From Mobula hypostoma (taxonomy: Eukaryota): a stretch of DNA of 64,000 nucleotides. The stretch is from assembly GCF_963921235.1 (NCBI RefSeq), contig NC_086108.1, positions 10,788,001-10,852,000 of the forward strand, in the 5' to 3' direction. The position numbers and the translations under genes are program-made. Position 1 is the stretch's first letter; every line of letters begins with the position of its first letter. Positions 24,366 to 36,639 of the stretch are shown in pieces. The notes under the pieces are model-generated. The model made no database searches. It was not told the DNA's origin and saw only the letters and a list, made by a program, of their open reading frames with translations.

Positions 24366-25662
24366 GTGATGGGGGGAGGGAGGTAAAACTAGCCCCATTC
24401 CTCTCTCTCTATGTACATACACAGTCCCCTAATCCCAAGATAGCCCACCTCCAGTGGACTCGAGGATTCACAGACCTTGGGCCTTTAACTTCTCCAGTGT
24501 GACTGTGGAGATTCGCAGACTCAGGGCTCAACTTCTTCGGACTTTAATCTTTGGTATCTCTGTTGATGGCCATTGAGAACCCTGAATGAGGAACTGAACT
24601 CCAGGCCACAAGCTCTGAACTGAGTGTTTTCTGCTGGTCACCAGAGAATGAATAAATGGTAGATGTCTCTTCCCTCGAGATGATCTCAGGAGACATGTGA
24701 AAGATAGAAAAATGGAGTGTCATGTAGGAGGAAAGGATTAGACGGATCTCAGAGCTTAAATGGACAGCACATCATGGGCTGAAGGGCTTGTACTTTGATG
24801 TACTTTGTTCTATGCTCACTGGCCTCTTTATTAGGTACATCTGCTCGTTAAGACTATAAGACCATAGGATATAGAAGCAGAATTAGGCTATTTGACCCAT
24901 CGAGTCTGCTCCACCATTTCATCATGCTGATCCATTTTCCTCTCAGCCCCAATCTCCTGCCTTCTCCCCATATCCCTTCATACCCTGACCAATCAAGAAT
25001 CTATTAACACCTGTCTTAAATATACCCAATGTCTTAACCTCCACAGCTGCCTGGGGCAACAAATTCCACAGATTCACCACTCCTTGGCTAAAGAAATTTT
25101 TCTTCATCTCCGTTTCAAATGGACATCTCTCTATTCTGAGTCTGCATCTTCTAGTCTTAGACTCCCCCACTATAGGAAGCATCCACTCTATCATGGCCTT
25201 TCACCATTCGATGGGTTTCGATGAGATCACCACTCATTCTTCTGAATTCCAGTGAGTAGAGGTCCAAAGCCATCAAATGCTCTTCTTATGACAAGCCTTT
25301 CAATCCTGGAATCATTTTCATGAATGACCCTGTCCCTCTCTCCTTAATTTCCTGCTCTGCAACTTCTCTCACACATGTCTGAGCTCACCGGTTAACCACA
25401 CTAGGATACTAGGTAGTAATAAAGAATCCTGTTGCGAGGAATGCTAACGAGAGACTTACACACAAGCCAGATGATTGTACACTGAATGCATCCTTGGCGG
25501 GAAGTTCTGTCTCTGAGACCAGATATTACCTCCGCCTGCGGAGACTCCTTGTCCATGGTCTAGTTGCCTGCGTTGCTCCTGGAGGTTGTTAATTAGCCTC
25601 CAGCTGCTTACAGTGCTGCCCAGCAGTGACCTGCATTTGTAAAGCACCATGGTATCACCAAT

Positions 25663-25860
25663 CACAACATGTTGGAGGAACTTAGCAGATCAGGCAGTGC
25701 CCATGGAAAGGAAGAACAATTTGATGTTTCGGACCGAGACGCTTCATCCTCAGCCTGAAACATTGCCTGTTTATTCCGCTCCATAAATGCTGCCTGACCT
25801 GCTGAGTTCCTTCTGCATCTTTGTGTATGTTACAGTAGATTTCCAGCATCTGCAGAATCA
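25663..25860. mobile_element. Palindromic pair of Penelope-like 3' ends
   Basis: GGAACTTAGCAGATCAGGCAG...TGTTTCGGACCGAG is mirrored by CTCAGCCTGAAACA...CTGCCTGACCTGCTGAGTTCC. Confidence 0.75.
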
Positions 25861-25942
25861 CTTGGATTTATGGCATCATCAGTAAAAATTTTACACGAAG
25901 CCACATGGCTGGACAGTGTGGTCTTGAGACAGGTTTCACAGA

Positions 25943-26110
25943 AAGGGGAGGTTTACAGGGAGGGGAACAGGGGAGATTTTACTGGGAGGGAGGATCAGGG
26001 GAGGTTTTATGGAGGGGGGGAGCAGGGAGGTGATCAGGGGAGGTTTGACAGGAGGGGGATAGCAGGGGAGATTTTACAGAGGGGGTGCAGGGGAAATTTT
26101 ACAGGGAGTG
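25943..26110. repeat. G-rich ~25-bp degenerate tandem repeat
   Basis: GGGGAG(G/A)TTT(T)ACAGGGAGGGG-type units, about 6 copies. Confidence 0.7.
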
Positions 26111-26234
26111 GAGCCATCCATTGAGCCCTTGTGCTTTCTGATTAACCTGGTCAGTTATTTGTGACTGGCACGGGTTTTCCGCGTTCTATGATAATTTAAT
26201 GTGGGCCCTATTTAGTGCTCACTGCTCAGTCCTT

Positions 26235-27570
26235 GTACCGGATGCAGCAATTCAGATCGACGGGTTTACTATACACCATCAGGATAGATCTAGAGAGCCT
26301 CTTGAAAGCAGAGGTGGAGGAGTATGCCCCATGATCAACTCTTCTTGGTGCACAAATATATCAGTGCTGTCCCAGTTCTGCTCACCAGACCTGGAGTATC
26401 TAGCAGCTAAGCACCATCCTTTTTACCTACCACAAGAGATTTCCGGGATCATTTTGGTATACACATTCCACCTCAGGCCAATGTCAATCAGGCTTTAGAT
26501 GATCTGAGCAATGGGATCAACATGCACGACCCACCCTAACACCTTCACCATCGTTTTGGGAGATTTTAACCAGGCCAGTGTGAAAAACTCACTAAGCAAC
26601 TACCATCAACAGATCACTTGCAATACCAGAGGAAACAACACACTGGACCTTTGCTACACCGCCATCAAGAATGCCTACCGTGCTATTCCACACCCTCACT
26701 TCGGCAAGTCTGATCACCTGGCTGTACTTCTACTCCCTGAGTTAAGGCAGAGACTGAAGACTGTAGCACCAGTAGTGAGGACCAAGAAGGTTTGGACAAG
26801 AGAAGCACAGGAGTACTTACAGGACTGCTTTGAATCTGTAGACTGGACTGTATTCAGGGATTCGTCTTCGAACCTGGGTGAGTATGCTGCAGTTGTTACC
26901 AACTTCCATTAAAACCTGTGTGGATGAGTGTGTACCTACAAAGACTTACTGTACATTCCCAAACCAAAAGCCATGGATGAACCAGGAGGTACGTCGTCTA
27001 CTGAAGGCTAGATCTGTGGCATTCAAGTCTGGCGACCCAGGCCTATACCAGAAAACCAGGTATGATTTGCAGAGGGCTATTTCAAGGGTGAAGAAAGAAT
27101 TTTGAATGAGGTTGGAGGCGATATCGGGTGCACGGCAACTCTGGCAGGGTTTGCAAGACATTACTTCCAACAAAGCGAAACCCAATAGCAAGAATGGCAG
27201 TGATGCTTCACTACCAGATGAACTCAATGCCTTCTATGCCCACTTTGAAAGGAAGATCACAACTACAGCTGTGAAGATCCCTGCTGAACCTGATGACCCT
27301 GTGATCTCTGTCTCAGAGGCCAATATTAGCCTGTCTTTAAAGAGGGTGAACCCTCGCAAGGTGGAAGGTTCCGATGGAGTACCTGGTAAGGCTATGAAAA
27401 CCTATGCCTACCAACTGGCGGGAGTATTCAAGGACATCTTCAACCTCTCACTGCTATGGGTGGAAGTTCCCACTTGCTTCAAAAAGGCAAAAATTATACC
27501 AGTGCCTAAGAAGAATAATGTGAGCTGCCTTAATGACTATCGCCCGTAGCACTCACATCTATAGTGATGA
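26235..27570 (+). mobile_element. Rex1/Babar-type LINE ORF2 (AP endonuclease to start of RT), left part
   Basis: SRGGGVC..IN..WC; VLGDFNQ; TRGNNTLDLCYT; FGKSDH; FPNQKPWMN; CFKKAKIIPVPKK...LNDYRP; contains stops and frameshifts. Confidence 0.88.
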
Positions 27571-29482
27571 CATCGACCTCGACACTGTTTTATCACCCCT
27601 TGTTCAATCCCTTCCAACCTATGTTCGTGACACTTCTCACGCTCTTAAACTTTTCGATGATTTTAAGTTCCCTGGCCCCCACCGCTTTATTTTCACCATG
27701 GATGTCCAGTCCTTATATACTTCCATCCCCCATCAGGAAGGTCTCAAAGCTCTACGCTTCTTTTTGGATTCCAGACCTAATCAGTTCCCCTCTACCACCA
27801 CTCTGCTCCGTCTAGCGGAATTAGTCCTTACTCTTAATAATTTCTCCTTTGGCTCCTCCCATTTCCTCCAAACTAAAGGTGTAGCTATGGGCACCCGTAT
27901 GGGTCCTAGCTATGCCTGCCTTTTTGTTGGGTTTGTGGAACAATCTATGTTCCGTGCCTATTCTGGTATCTGTCTCCCACTTTTCCTTCGCTACATCGAC
28001 GACGCATTGGCGCTGCTTCCTGCACGCATGCAGAACTCGTTGACTTTATTAACTTTGCCTCCAACTTTCACCCTGCCCTCAAGTTTACCTGGTCCATTTC
28101 CGACACCTCCCTCCCCTTTCTAGATCCTTCTGTCTCTGTCTCTGGAGACAGCTTATCCACTGATGTCTACTATAAGCCTACTGACTCTCACAGCTATCTG
28201 GACTATTCCTCTTCTCACCCTGTCTCTTGCAAAAACGCCATCCCCTTCTCGCAATTCCTCGGTCTCTGCCGCATCTGCTCTCAGGATGAGGCTTTTCATT
28301 CTAGGACGAGGGAGATGTCTTCCTTTTTTAAAGAAAGGGGCTTCCCTTCCTCCACTATCAACTCTGCTCTTAAACGCATCTCCCCCATTTCACGTACATC
28401 TGCTCTCACTCCATCCTCCCACCACCCCACTAGGAATAGGGTTCCCCTGGTCCTCACCTACCAACCCACCAGCCTCCGGGTCCAACATATTACTCTCCGT
28501 AACTTCCGCCACCTCCAACGGGATCCCACCACTAAGCACATCTTTCCCTCTCCCCTCCTCTGCATTCCGCAGGAATCGCTCCCTACACAACTCCCTTGTC
28601 CATTCGTCCCCCCCATCCCTCCCCACTGATCTCCCTCCTGGCACTTATCCGTGTAAGCGGAACAAGTGCTACACATGCCCTTACACTTCCTCCCTTACCA
28701 CCATTCAGGGCCCCGAACAGTCCTTCCAGGTGAGGCATAACTTCACCTGTGAGTCGACTGGGGTGATATACTGTGTCCAGTGCTCCCGATGTGGCCTTTT
28801 ATATATTGGTGAGACCCGACGCAGACTGGGAGACCGCTTTGCTGAACATCTACGCTCTGTCCGCCAGAGAAAGCAGGATCTCCCAGTGGCCACACATTTT
28901 AATTCCACATCCCATTCCCATTCTGACATGTCTATCCACGGCCTCCTCTACTGTAAAGATGAAGCCACACTCAGGTTGGAGGAACAACACCTTATATTCC
29001 GTCTGGGTAGCCTCCAACCTGATGGCATGAACATCGACTTCTCTAACTTCCGCTAAGGCCCCACCTCCCCCTCGTACCCCATCTGTTACTCATTTTTATG
29101 CACACATTCTTTCTCTCACTCTCCTTTTTCTCCCTCTGTCCCTCTGAATATACCTCTTGCCCATCCTCTGGGTCACCCCCCCTTGTCTTTCTTCCCGGAC
29201 CTCCTGTCCCATGATCCTCTCGTATCCCCTTTTGCCAATCACCTGTCCAGCTCTTGGCTCCATCCCTCCCCCTCCTGTCTTCTCCTGTCATTTTGGATCT
29301 CCCCCTCCCCCTCCAACTTTCAAATCCCTTACTCACTCTTCCTTCAGTTAGTCCTGACGAAGGGTCTCGGCCTGAAACGTCGACTGCACCTCTTCCTATA
29401 GATGCTGCTTGGCCTGCTGCGTTCACCAGCAACTTTGATGTATGTTGCTTGAATTTCCAGCATCTGCAGAATTCCTGTTGTT
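27571..29482 (+). mobile_element. 5'-truncated Penelope-like element (RT plus GIY-YIG endonuclease plus pLTR) nested in the Rex1-type LINE
   Basis: RT motifs TMDVQSLYTSIP, QTKGVAMGTRMGPSYA, FLRYIDD; Cys-rich linker CKRNKCYTC; VIYCVQCSRCGLLYIGETRRRLGDRFAEH; a few frameshifts; flanked by TA(T/C)AGTGATGA duplication. Confidence 0.93.
29350..29385 (+). ncRNA. Minimal type I hammerhead ribozyme motif (intact core)
   Basis: AGTC-CTGACGA-AGG(GTCTCGG)CCT-GAAA-CG-TC-GACT: helix I AGTC/GACT, CUGANGA and GAAA cores, helix II AGG/CCT, palindromic ACGT in place of helix III. Confidence 0.85.
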
Positions 29483-30140
29483 TACAGTGATGAAATGCTT
29501 TGAGAGGTTGATCATGACTAGACTGAACTCCTGCCTCAGCAAGGACCTGGACCCATTGCAATTTGCCTATTGCCACAATAGGTCAATGGCAGACGTAATC
29601 TCAATGGCTCTCCACATGGCTTTAGACCAGATGGACAACACAGACACCTATGTCAGGATGCTGTTCATTAACTATAGCTCAGCATTTAATCCCATCGTTC
29701 CCACAATCCCGATTGAGAAGTTGCAGAACCTGGGCCTCAAAGTACCCAGGACATCTTTAGGAAGCAGTGTCTCAGAAAGGCAGCATCCATTATTAAAGAT
29801 CTCCTGCACCCAGGACATGCCCTTTTCTTACTGTTACCATCAGGTAGGAGGTACAGAAGCCTGAAGGCACACACTCAGCGATTCAGGAACAGCTTCTTCC
29901 CCTCTGCCATCCGATTCCTAAATAGACATTGAATCCTTGGACACTACCTCACTTTTCTAATACACAGTATTTCTGGTTTTTGCATGTTTTTAAATCTATT
30001 CCGTATATTTATATTATAATTGATTTACCTCCCTATTTATTATTTTTTCTTCCAGATTATGTATTGCTTTGAACTGCTGCTGCTACGTTAACCAATTTCA
30101 CGTCACATGCCAGTGATAATAAATCTGATTCTGATTCTGA
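29483..30140 (+). mobile_element. Rex1/Babar-type LINE, right part with internal deletion and tail
   Basis: TVMKCFERL...[13 protein letters not shown]...[14 protein letters not shown] continues the ORF broken at 27570; tail AATAAATCTGATTCTGATTCTGA. Confidence 0.88.
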
Positions 30141-31469
30141 GGATGACTGGTCTTGCAGTGTCACTTGGTCGAGCCACCAATACACAAATGTTCTATCGCA
30201 ATTCCTACGTATAACCTCTCGTCCCCTTCCTTCATGGGGAGTCTGCAGCTCCTCCTCACCCGGGCTCAGTCGTTGCCAGTGCTCACCGTGCCAGGCAGCC
30301 AACAAGAAAAGGACCCCTTTATTCCTGCCTTTGCCTCCTGCCAGTCAGCCAATCTTTTATCCATGCTGGTCTCTCTCCTGTAATAGATGAAATCTCCAGC
30401 CAACCATCTAATTATTGCTGCTGCCGCGTTATTAAGCAGCCACTTGAACCACATTATCGGCCAGCACAATTACACCATCATATAAAGCTCATTTTCACAT
30501 CATAAATTTATACTAGACTGGCAGATTTAGAGAATTTGATGCTGTCAGGATCTCTATTCAGCTCAAATAAATTCTCCACTAGTTAGCCAGAAGATTCCAC
30601 GTTCCGAATGGAATTTCACCAAATTGCAGTTAATAACTTTGTCTGCCACAGTTAATCAGACATCATCTCCATTTGAAGATAGGGAACTAAATCTGTATTT
30701 GACAGCAATAACATTAAAGAACTGTGCTACCTTCACAGGTGTGATATCGGATGATTAAGTGCAGAGTAGATGGCAAGGGTCACAATCTGCTGAAATTTGG
30801 TGATTGTAACAGAGCTTGATTGTGTGGACCTCTGGTTAAGCGTTGCCTCATCCGGAAGGATTGGTTGGGGCCCTGAATGGAAGCAAGGGAGGAGGTACAT
30901 GAGCAGGTGTAGCACTTTGGCTGTTTTTTTGTGGGATCTCCCTGTGTAGCCACTGCTTGCCGTGTTTGATGCAGTAAAGGAACCTTCTGGAAGTAAAACA
31001 GGCAGAGATGTCCTGAGACTGTAGAAACTGCTAAAAGTGAGAAATCATCTTACGTTTTGGTAATTCTAAGGGATCTCTTGATCAATCATTGCCGAACTCT
31101 CTGCAGTCTCCCCACACTGAGGTCTGATGAACTCTGATAGCCAAATAGTTCAATGAACCACTCCCCACCCCCGCCACCCCACGACCTTGCCCAGAGGTTC
31201 CATCAGGATTTCAGAACGGTGAACTTCCCTGCCTAGACAGACTGTCCGTACCCTTTGACGTGGGCAATCATAGTCTTCCACCTGTCTTTAATCTGAGAAG
31301 TTCTAATAAACTCTTCAAAACTTGTGCCTGACTATCCCTTGATTTGAATGTCATATGCTGTTGACTGCGTCCTTTTCTTCCATCAATTTTTCCCATCACT
31401 GCCAGGTAGTTCTAATGAAAGCATGTTGTACAGTGCTAAATTCTGCAGTGTTTGCTTAGCAATTAGCCT

Positions 31470-31885
31470 CTTGTATATCAGTGAGACCTGATGTAGATTA
31501 GGAGACCTCTTTGCCAAGCACCTTCACTCCATCAGCCACAATAATTGGGATCTCTCAGTAGCCACCTATTTCAATTCTACTTCCCATTCCCATTCCAATA
31601 TGGCAGTCCATGGCCTCCTCTACTGCCAGGATGAAACCAAATTCAGGTTGGAGGAGCAATGTCTTACATTCCATCTGGGTAGCCTCCAACCTGATGGCAT
31701 GACATTGAACTTCAGGTAATTGTACCCCCCCTCCTCTCCTTCTCCGTTCCCCCTCTCACCTTATCTCCTTACCTGCCCATCACCTCCCTCTGGTGCTCCT
31801 CCTCCTCCTTCTCTTTTTTCCATGGCCTTCTGTCCTGTTATCAGATTCCCACTTCTCCAGCCCTTGATCTCTTTCACCAACTTCC
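31470..31885 (+). mobile_element. Penelope-like GIY-YIG/pLTR fragment
   Basis: Homologous to 28800-29300 (CATGGCCTCCTCTACTGC...GGGTAGCCTCCAACCTGATGGCATG). Confidence 0.8.
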
Positions 31886-32633
31886 CAGCTTCCACAGACT
31901 CACCACTCTTGTGGGAAAAGCAGTTCCTCCTCATCTCCGTCCTAAATTTACTCTCTTGAATCTTGAGGCTATGTTCCCTAATTCTAGTCTCACCTACCAG
32001 TGGAAACGACTTTTCTGTCTCTACCTTATCTATCTCTTTCATAATCTTATATGTTTCTTTAAGATCTCCTATCATTCTTCTGAATTCCAGCAAGTATAGT
32101 CCCAGGCGACTCAGTCTCTCCTCATAGTCTGATCTCCTCATCTCTGGACTCAACCTGGTGAACCTCCTCTGTACTGCCTCCTTCCTCAAGTAAGGAGACC
32201 AGAACTGCACGCAGTACTCCAGGTGTGGCCTCATCAGTACCCTGTACGATTGCAGCGTAACCTCCCTGCTCTTATATTCAATCTCTCCAGCAACGAAGGC
32301 CAACATTCCATTTGCCTTCTTGTTGGCCTGCTGCACCTGCAAACCAAACTTCTGCGAGTCATGCACAAGCACACCCAAGGTCGTCTGCACATCTTTTACC
32401 ATTTAAATAATAATCTGCTCTTCCATTTTTCCTTCCAAAGTGGATGACCTCACATTTACCAACATTGTACTCCATCTGCCAGACCCTTGCCCACTCACTT
32501 AACCTATCTATATCTCTCTGCAGACTCTCTGTATCTGCTGCACAATTTGCTTTTCCACTCAATTTAGTGTCATCAGCAAGCTTAGATACACTACACTCCG
32601 TCCCATCTCCCAGATCTGCTTTGTATATCGTTA
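31886..32633 (-). mobile_element. CR1-type LINE RT C-terminal fragment
   Basis: LQRDIDRLSEWARVWQMEYNVGKCEVIHFG; RPHLEYCVQFWSPY; VQRRFTR. Confidence 0.9.
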
Positions 32634-32639
32634 ATGAAT

Positions 32640-33215
32640 ATCCAACTGTTCAAACCTTATAGTATCACAATCACTCACAAACCAACGGCGACACTAAGGA
32701 AGCTTGGCTCAAGATCTAAGGTATCAGTAAAGACAACTGACAAAAACAGTATGGTGTACAGGATCACCTGTGGAGACTGCAACAAGAACTACTTTGGACA
32801 GACAGGATGCAAACTCTCAACTCGTTTATGGGAACACAAACTGGTGGGTATGGAGACATGATCCACTGTTGCTAATCTCAGTACATGAAGACTGAGCAAG
32901 ACACCACTTTAAATGGGACACCACGGAGGTTCTGGTGCAAGCAAACACGAAGCGTGGTTCTCTTCTGATAACTCCGTAAACAAACATATCAAAATAGACG
33001 GCATCTACAACCCCCTAAGATCAAAGAAATGTGAACCAATAGGATTCAAAGGGTAACTGGAGGCGCAGCCAATCAGGACCGACGCAAGTGAATGGGAGCC
33101 TATATAAATGCAGCACACCCAGAGAAAAACACCAACAACCGCGCACTGAGGATGTCACCTCGTCCTGTGATGAAAGTTCTGAAAGCTAATGGCTGGGCTT
33201 AGTGAACACTGAAAC
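32640..33215 (+). mobile_element. Second Penelope-like family (Poseidon-like): GIY-YIG end plus pLTR with CCAAT/TATA and degenerate hammerhead
   Basis: VYRITCGDCNKNYFGQTGCKLSTRLWEHK; CCAAT at ~33037 and ~33069; TATATAAA at 33101; GCA-CTGAGGA-TGTCAC...GTGAT-GAAA at ~33143-33176. Confidence 0.8.
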
Positions 33216-34769
33216 ATCAATAGTTCAATGTTTCTATTTAATACCAGAGAACATATATGGTATACAACCTGAAATTCTTGCTCTCCACAGACATCCATGA
33301 AACAGAAGGAAAACCCCAAAGAATGAATGACAGGAAGAACATTAGAACCCCAAATACCCCGTCCCCTTCTCATGCACAAGCTTCAGGAATGCATCAATCC
33401 TTTACCCTCCTTCTCCTACCCACTCCACCAGAAAACATTTGTCTCCCCCTTCACCCAACATGCAAGCGATATCAAAACCCCAAAGAGACCGTGATCTAGA
33501 GTCCATCAAAAACCATTGACCGTTCCAACAGTTTGACATGCTGCAGGCTCTCACTCTCTCAGTAACAGGGGAGAGTGAGTTGTTACCCCTGCCACAGTAA
33601 GAAGGGAGAACAACAGCTCACTGTTTCAAGGGTACAGTCTTCAGCATTGCTTTTCATTGCACCTCAACCTGAGTACCAATAATCACCGCCATCCTAAAGT
33701 TATTATTGTACAGAAGGTACATTTTGACAGAACGCTTCACACTCTGAGGAAGATCTGCAGAACTTCATTGCTGACTTCATTGGAAATGCTGTCAGAGTTG
33801 TAATGTAAGAAACATGATCATTATTTTACTCACAATGAACTCCTACAGTAGTGTGAGATTACTTTTTAAATGAGAAATCTATAAATTCACATATGACAGC
33901 AGTACTGTCAGCAGAATCTTAAATGACAACGAGGAGGTGTACAGGAGTGAGATAGATTGCTTGGTTGAGTGAGATCGCAACAACAGCCTTGCACTTATCA
34001 TCAGCAACACTAAGAAATTGGCACTAACAGGAAGGGGAAGTCAGGAGAACACACACCAATCTTCAAAGTTCAAAGCACATTTGTTATCAAAGTATGTATG
34101 CAGTATACACCCCTGAGATTCATTTTCCGACAGACAGCTGTGAATCAAAGAAAACTATGGAAGCTGTTCAAAGGAAAACATCAGCACCCACCCCCCATGC
34201 AAAAAGCAAATTGTGAAAGTGGCAACAAGAAAGAAAAACGAGTGAAAACACAGAATATCAATAAACATGAGATCAAAAGAGTCCAATCCATTGAGGGATC
34301 AACAGTGGCAAGGGTCAACAGCTTCAAGTTCCTAGTAGTCAACATCTAGAAGATCCTCCTTGGGCCTAACACATTGATGTTGTGCTAGCAGCTCTACTTC
34401 ATTAGCAGTCTGAGATGATTTGGTATATCATAAAAGACTCCTGCAAATTTCTACAGATGTATGATGGAAAGTATTCTGGCTGGTATAGAGGCTCCAGAGC
34501 ATAGGATTGAAAGAGGGTGCAGAGAGCTGTAGACTCAACCAACTCCATCAGGGGCATAACCCTCCCCACCATTAAAGACATGTAGTTTCTCAAGAAGGAT
34601 GCATCTATCACTAAATTCTCTCGCCATCCAGAACACGTCTTCTCATCACTACCATAAGGAGGAGGTACTCGAGCCTGAAGACACACACTCAATGTGTTAG
34701 GAACAGATTCTTCCCCTCTACCAGCAGATTTCTCAATGATCCATGAATTCCATGAACACTACCTTTGGC

Positions 34770-35200
34770 GGATCGAGCCCCTCTGCTCCATCTACCAAAA
34801 GCAGAACATTCCGGCAGCCAAACATTTTAATTCCAATTCCCACTCCTGTTCAGATGTGTTCCTAACCCAAACTCTACTCTTGTACCAAAATAAGGCCACC
34901 CTCAGAGTGGAGGAGCAACACCTTATATTCCATCTGGGTAGCCTCAAACCTGATGGCATGAATATCGATTTCTCCTTCCAGTTAGAAAAAACCTCCCCTT
35001 TCCCTCTTCCTCTATTCTCTATTCTGACCTTTTACCTCTTCTCACCTGCTAATTACTTTCCCCTGAGACCTCCTCTTCTCCTATGGTCCACTCTCCTCTC
35101 CTATCAGATTCCTCCCTCTCCTGCCCTTTATGTTTCCTATCCACTTGACTTCACCTATCACCTTCCAGCTAATCTCCTTCCACTCACCCACTTTCTTATT
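34770..35200 (+). mobile_element. Penelope-like 3' fragment (tail resumes at ~35850-35910)
   Basis: ATLRVEEQHLIFHLGSLKPDGMNIDFS. Confidence 0.8.
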
Positions 35201-35206
35201 TTTTTT

Positions 35207-35827
35207 AGATTATGAGGACATGTAGTCCTCTTTTATTGTCATTTAGTAATGCATGCATTAAGAAATGATACAATATTCCACCGGTGTGATATCACAAAAA
35301 TGCAGGACAGACCAAGACTGAAAAACCAACAAAAACCACATAATTATAACATATAGTTGCAACAGTGCAACAATACCATAACTTGATGAAGAACAGACCA
35401 TGGCACAGTAGAAAAGTTCAAAGTCTCTCGAAAGTCCCACGTCTCACACAGACGGGAGAAGGAAGAAAACTCTCCCTGCCATGCCCGACCACAGTCCAAC
35501 TCTGAGTCGTCCAAAAACTTCGAGCTCTGATCAGCCCTCCGACACCAAGTACCGAGCACCATCTCTATCTGAACACTTTGACCTCTGCCTCGGTCGCCAG
35601 CAGCAGGCAAAGCTGTGGATTTTGGGGCCTTCCCTCCGGAGATTCTCGATCGCACTATAGCAGCGGCAGCGAACCGGGCATTTCAGAAATTTCCCAGATG
35701 TTCCTCTGCTTCTCGCGTCTGACTTCATCAAATCAGAATTGTGCACGACGTCCTACTTACAAATACGATATCATTTCACCGGAGAGGCTACGCGCGCTGC
35801 GTTGTGCCGCCATCTTCTCCTCCCGCC
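35207..35827 (-). mobile_element. ~620-bp ORF-less retroposon; second copy at 61155-61767
   Basis: Two colinear, similar copies; minus strand starts GGCGGGAGGAGAAGATGGCGGC and ends AATAAAAGAGGACT...CATAATCT; CTTATTTT occurs on both flanks. Confidence 0.85.
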
Positions 35828-36639
35828 CTTATTTTGATGTATTTTGATGTAGAGTTCCTCCAGCATTTTGTGTGTGTTGCTTTGGATTTCTAGCATCTAC
35901 AGAATCTCATATGATTATAATTGACCACCTAATTATTCTTTTTTGAACTATTTATTTGCTTTTATGACCTACAGTAATGTCTATGTCTTGTAAATCAGCA
36001 AATGGGATGCTTTGCTACTTGAGGTAGGACGGGATCTTTGGCAGCACCTCCAACCAAATGTTGTTCCTCAGCAGTGTCCTGGAATCATTAGAATGGATCA
36101 GCAGATGAAGATTCCAGGGTGGGAATTGAACTTTGGACATTGGATCAGGCATGAGGTGCTAGGGACAGACACCATCATCATCATCATTATGCGATGTGTC
36201 ATATGATGGTCTTTGACTGTGATTGTTCTTGACAAATTTTTCTTCAGAAGTGGCTTGCTATTGCCTTCTTCGGGGCAGCGGCTTTACAAGATGGTTAACC
36301 ACAGCCATTATCAATACCTTTCAGAGATTGTCTGTCTGGAGCCAGTGGGCGCATAACCAGGACTTGTGATATGCATCCACCCACTACTTTCTCCCATAGT
36401 TTCACATGACTATGATCGGGGGACTAAGTAGGTGCTATAACTTGTTCAAGAGTGACCTGCAAGGAAGTACCATTACATCTCCTTTAGCTCCACCCCTGTA
36501 ATGTCGAAAGCACTCTCTGCAAATAGGAACATAAATCATTTACTTATAAATAGTAAAAGTTTGACCAAACATTCATGTTCCCCAGGTTACAGACACTACA
36601 AAGCTGAATATTTGACAAAATACGTACATTCAACCAATA

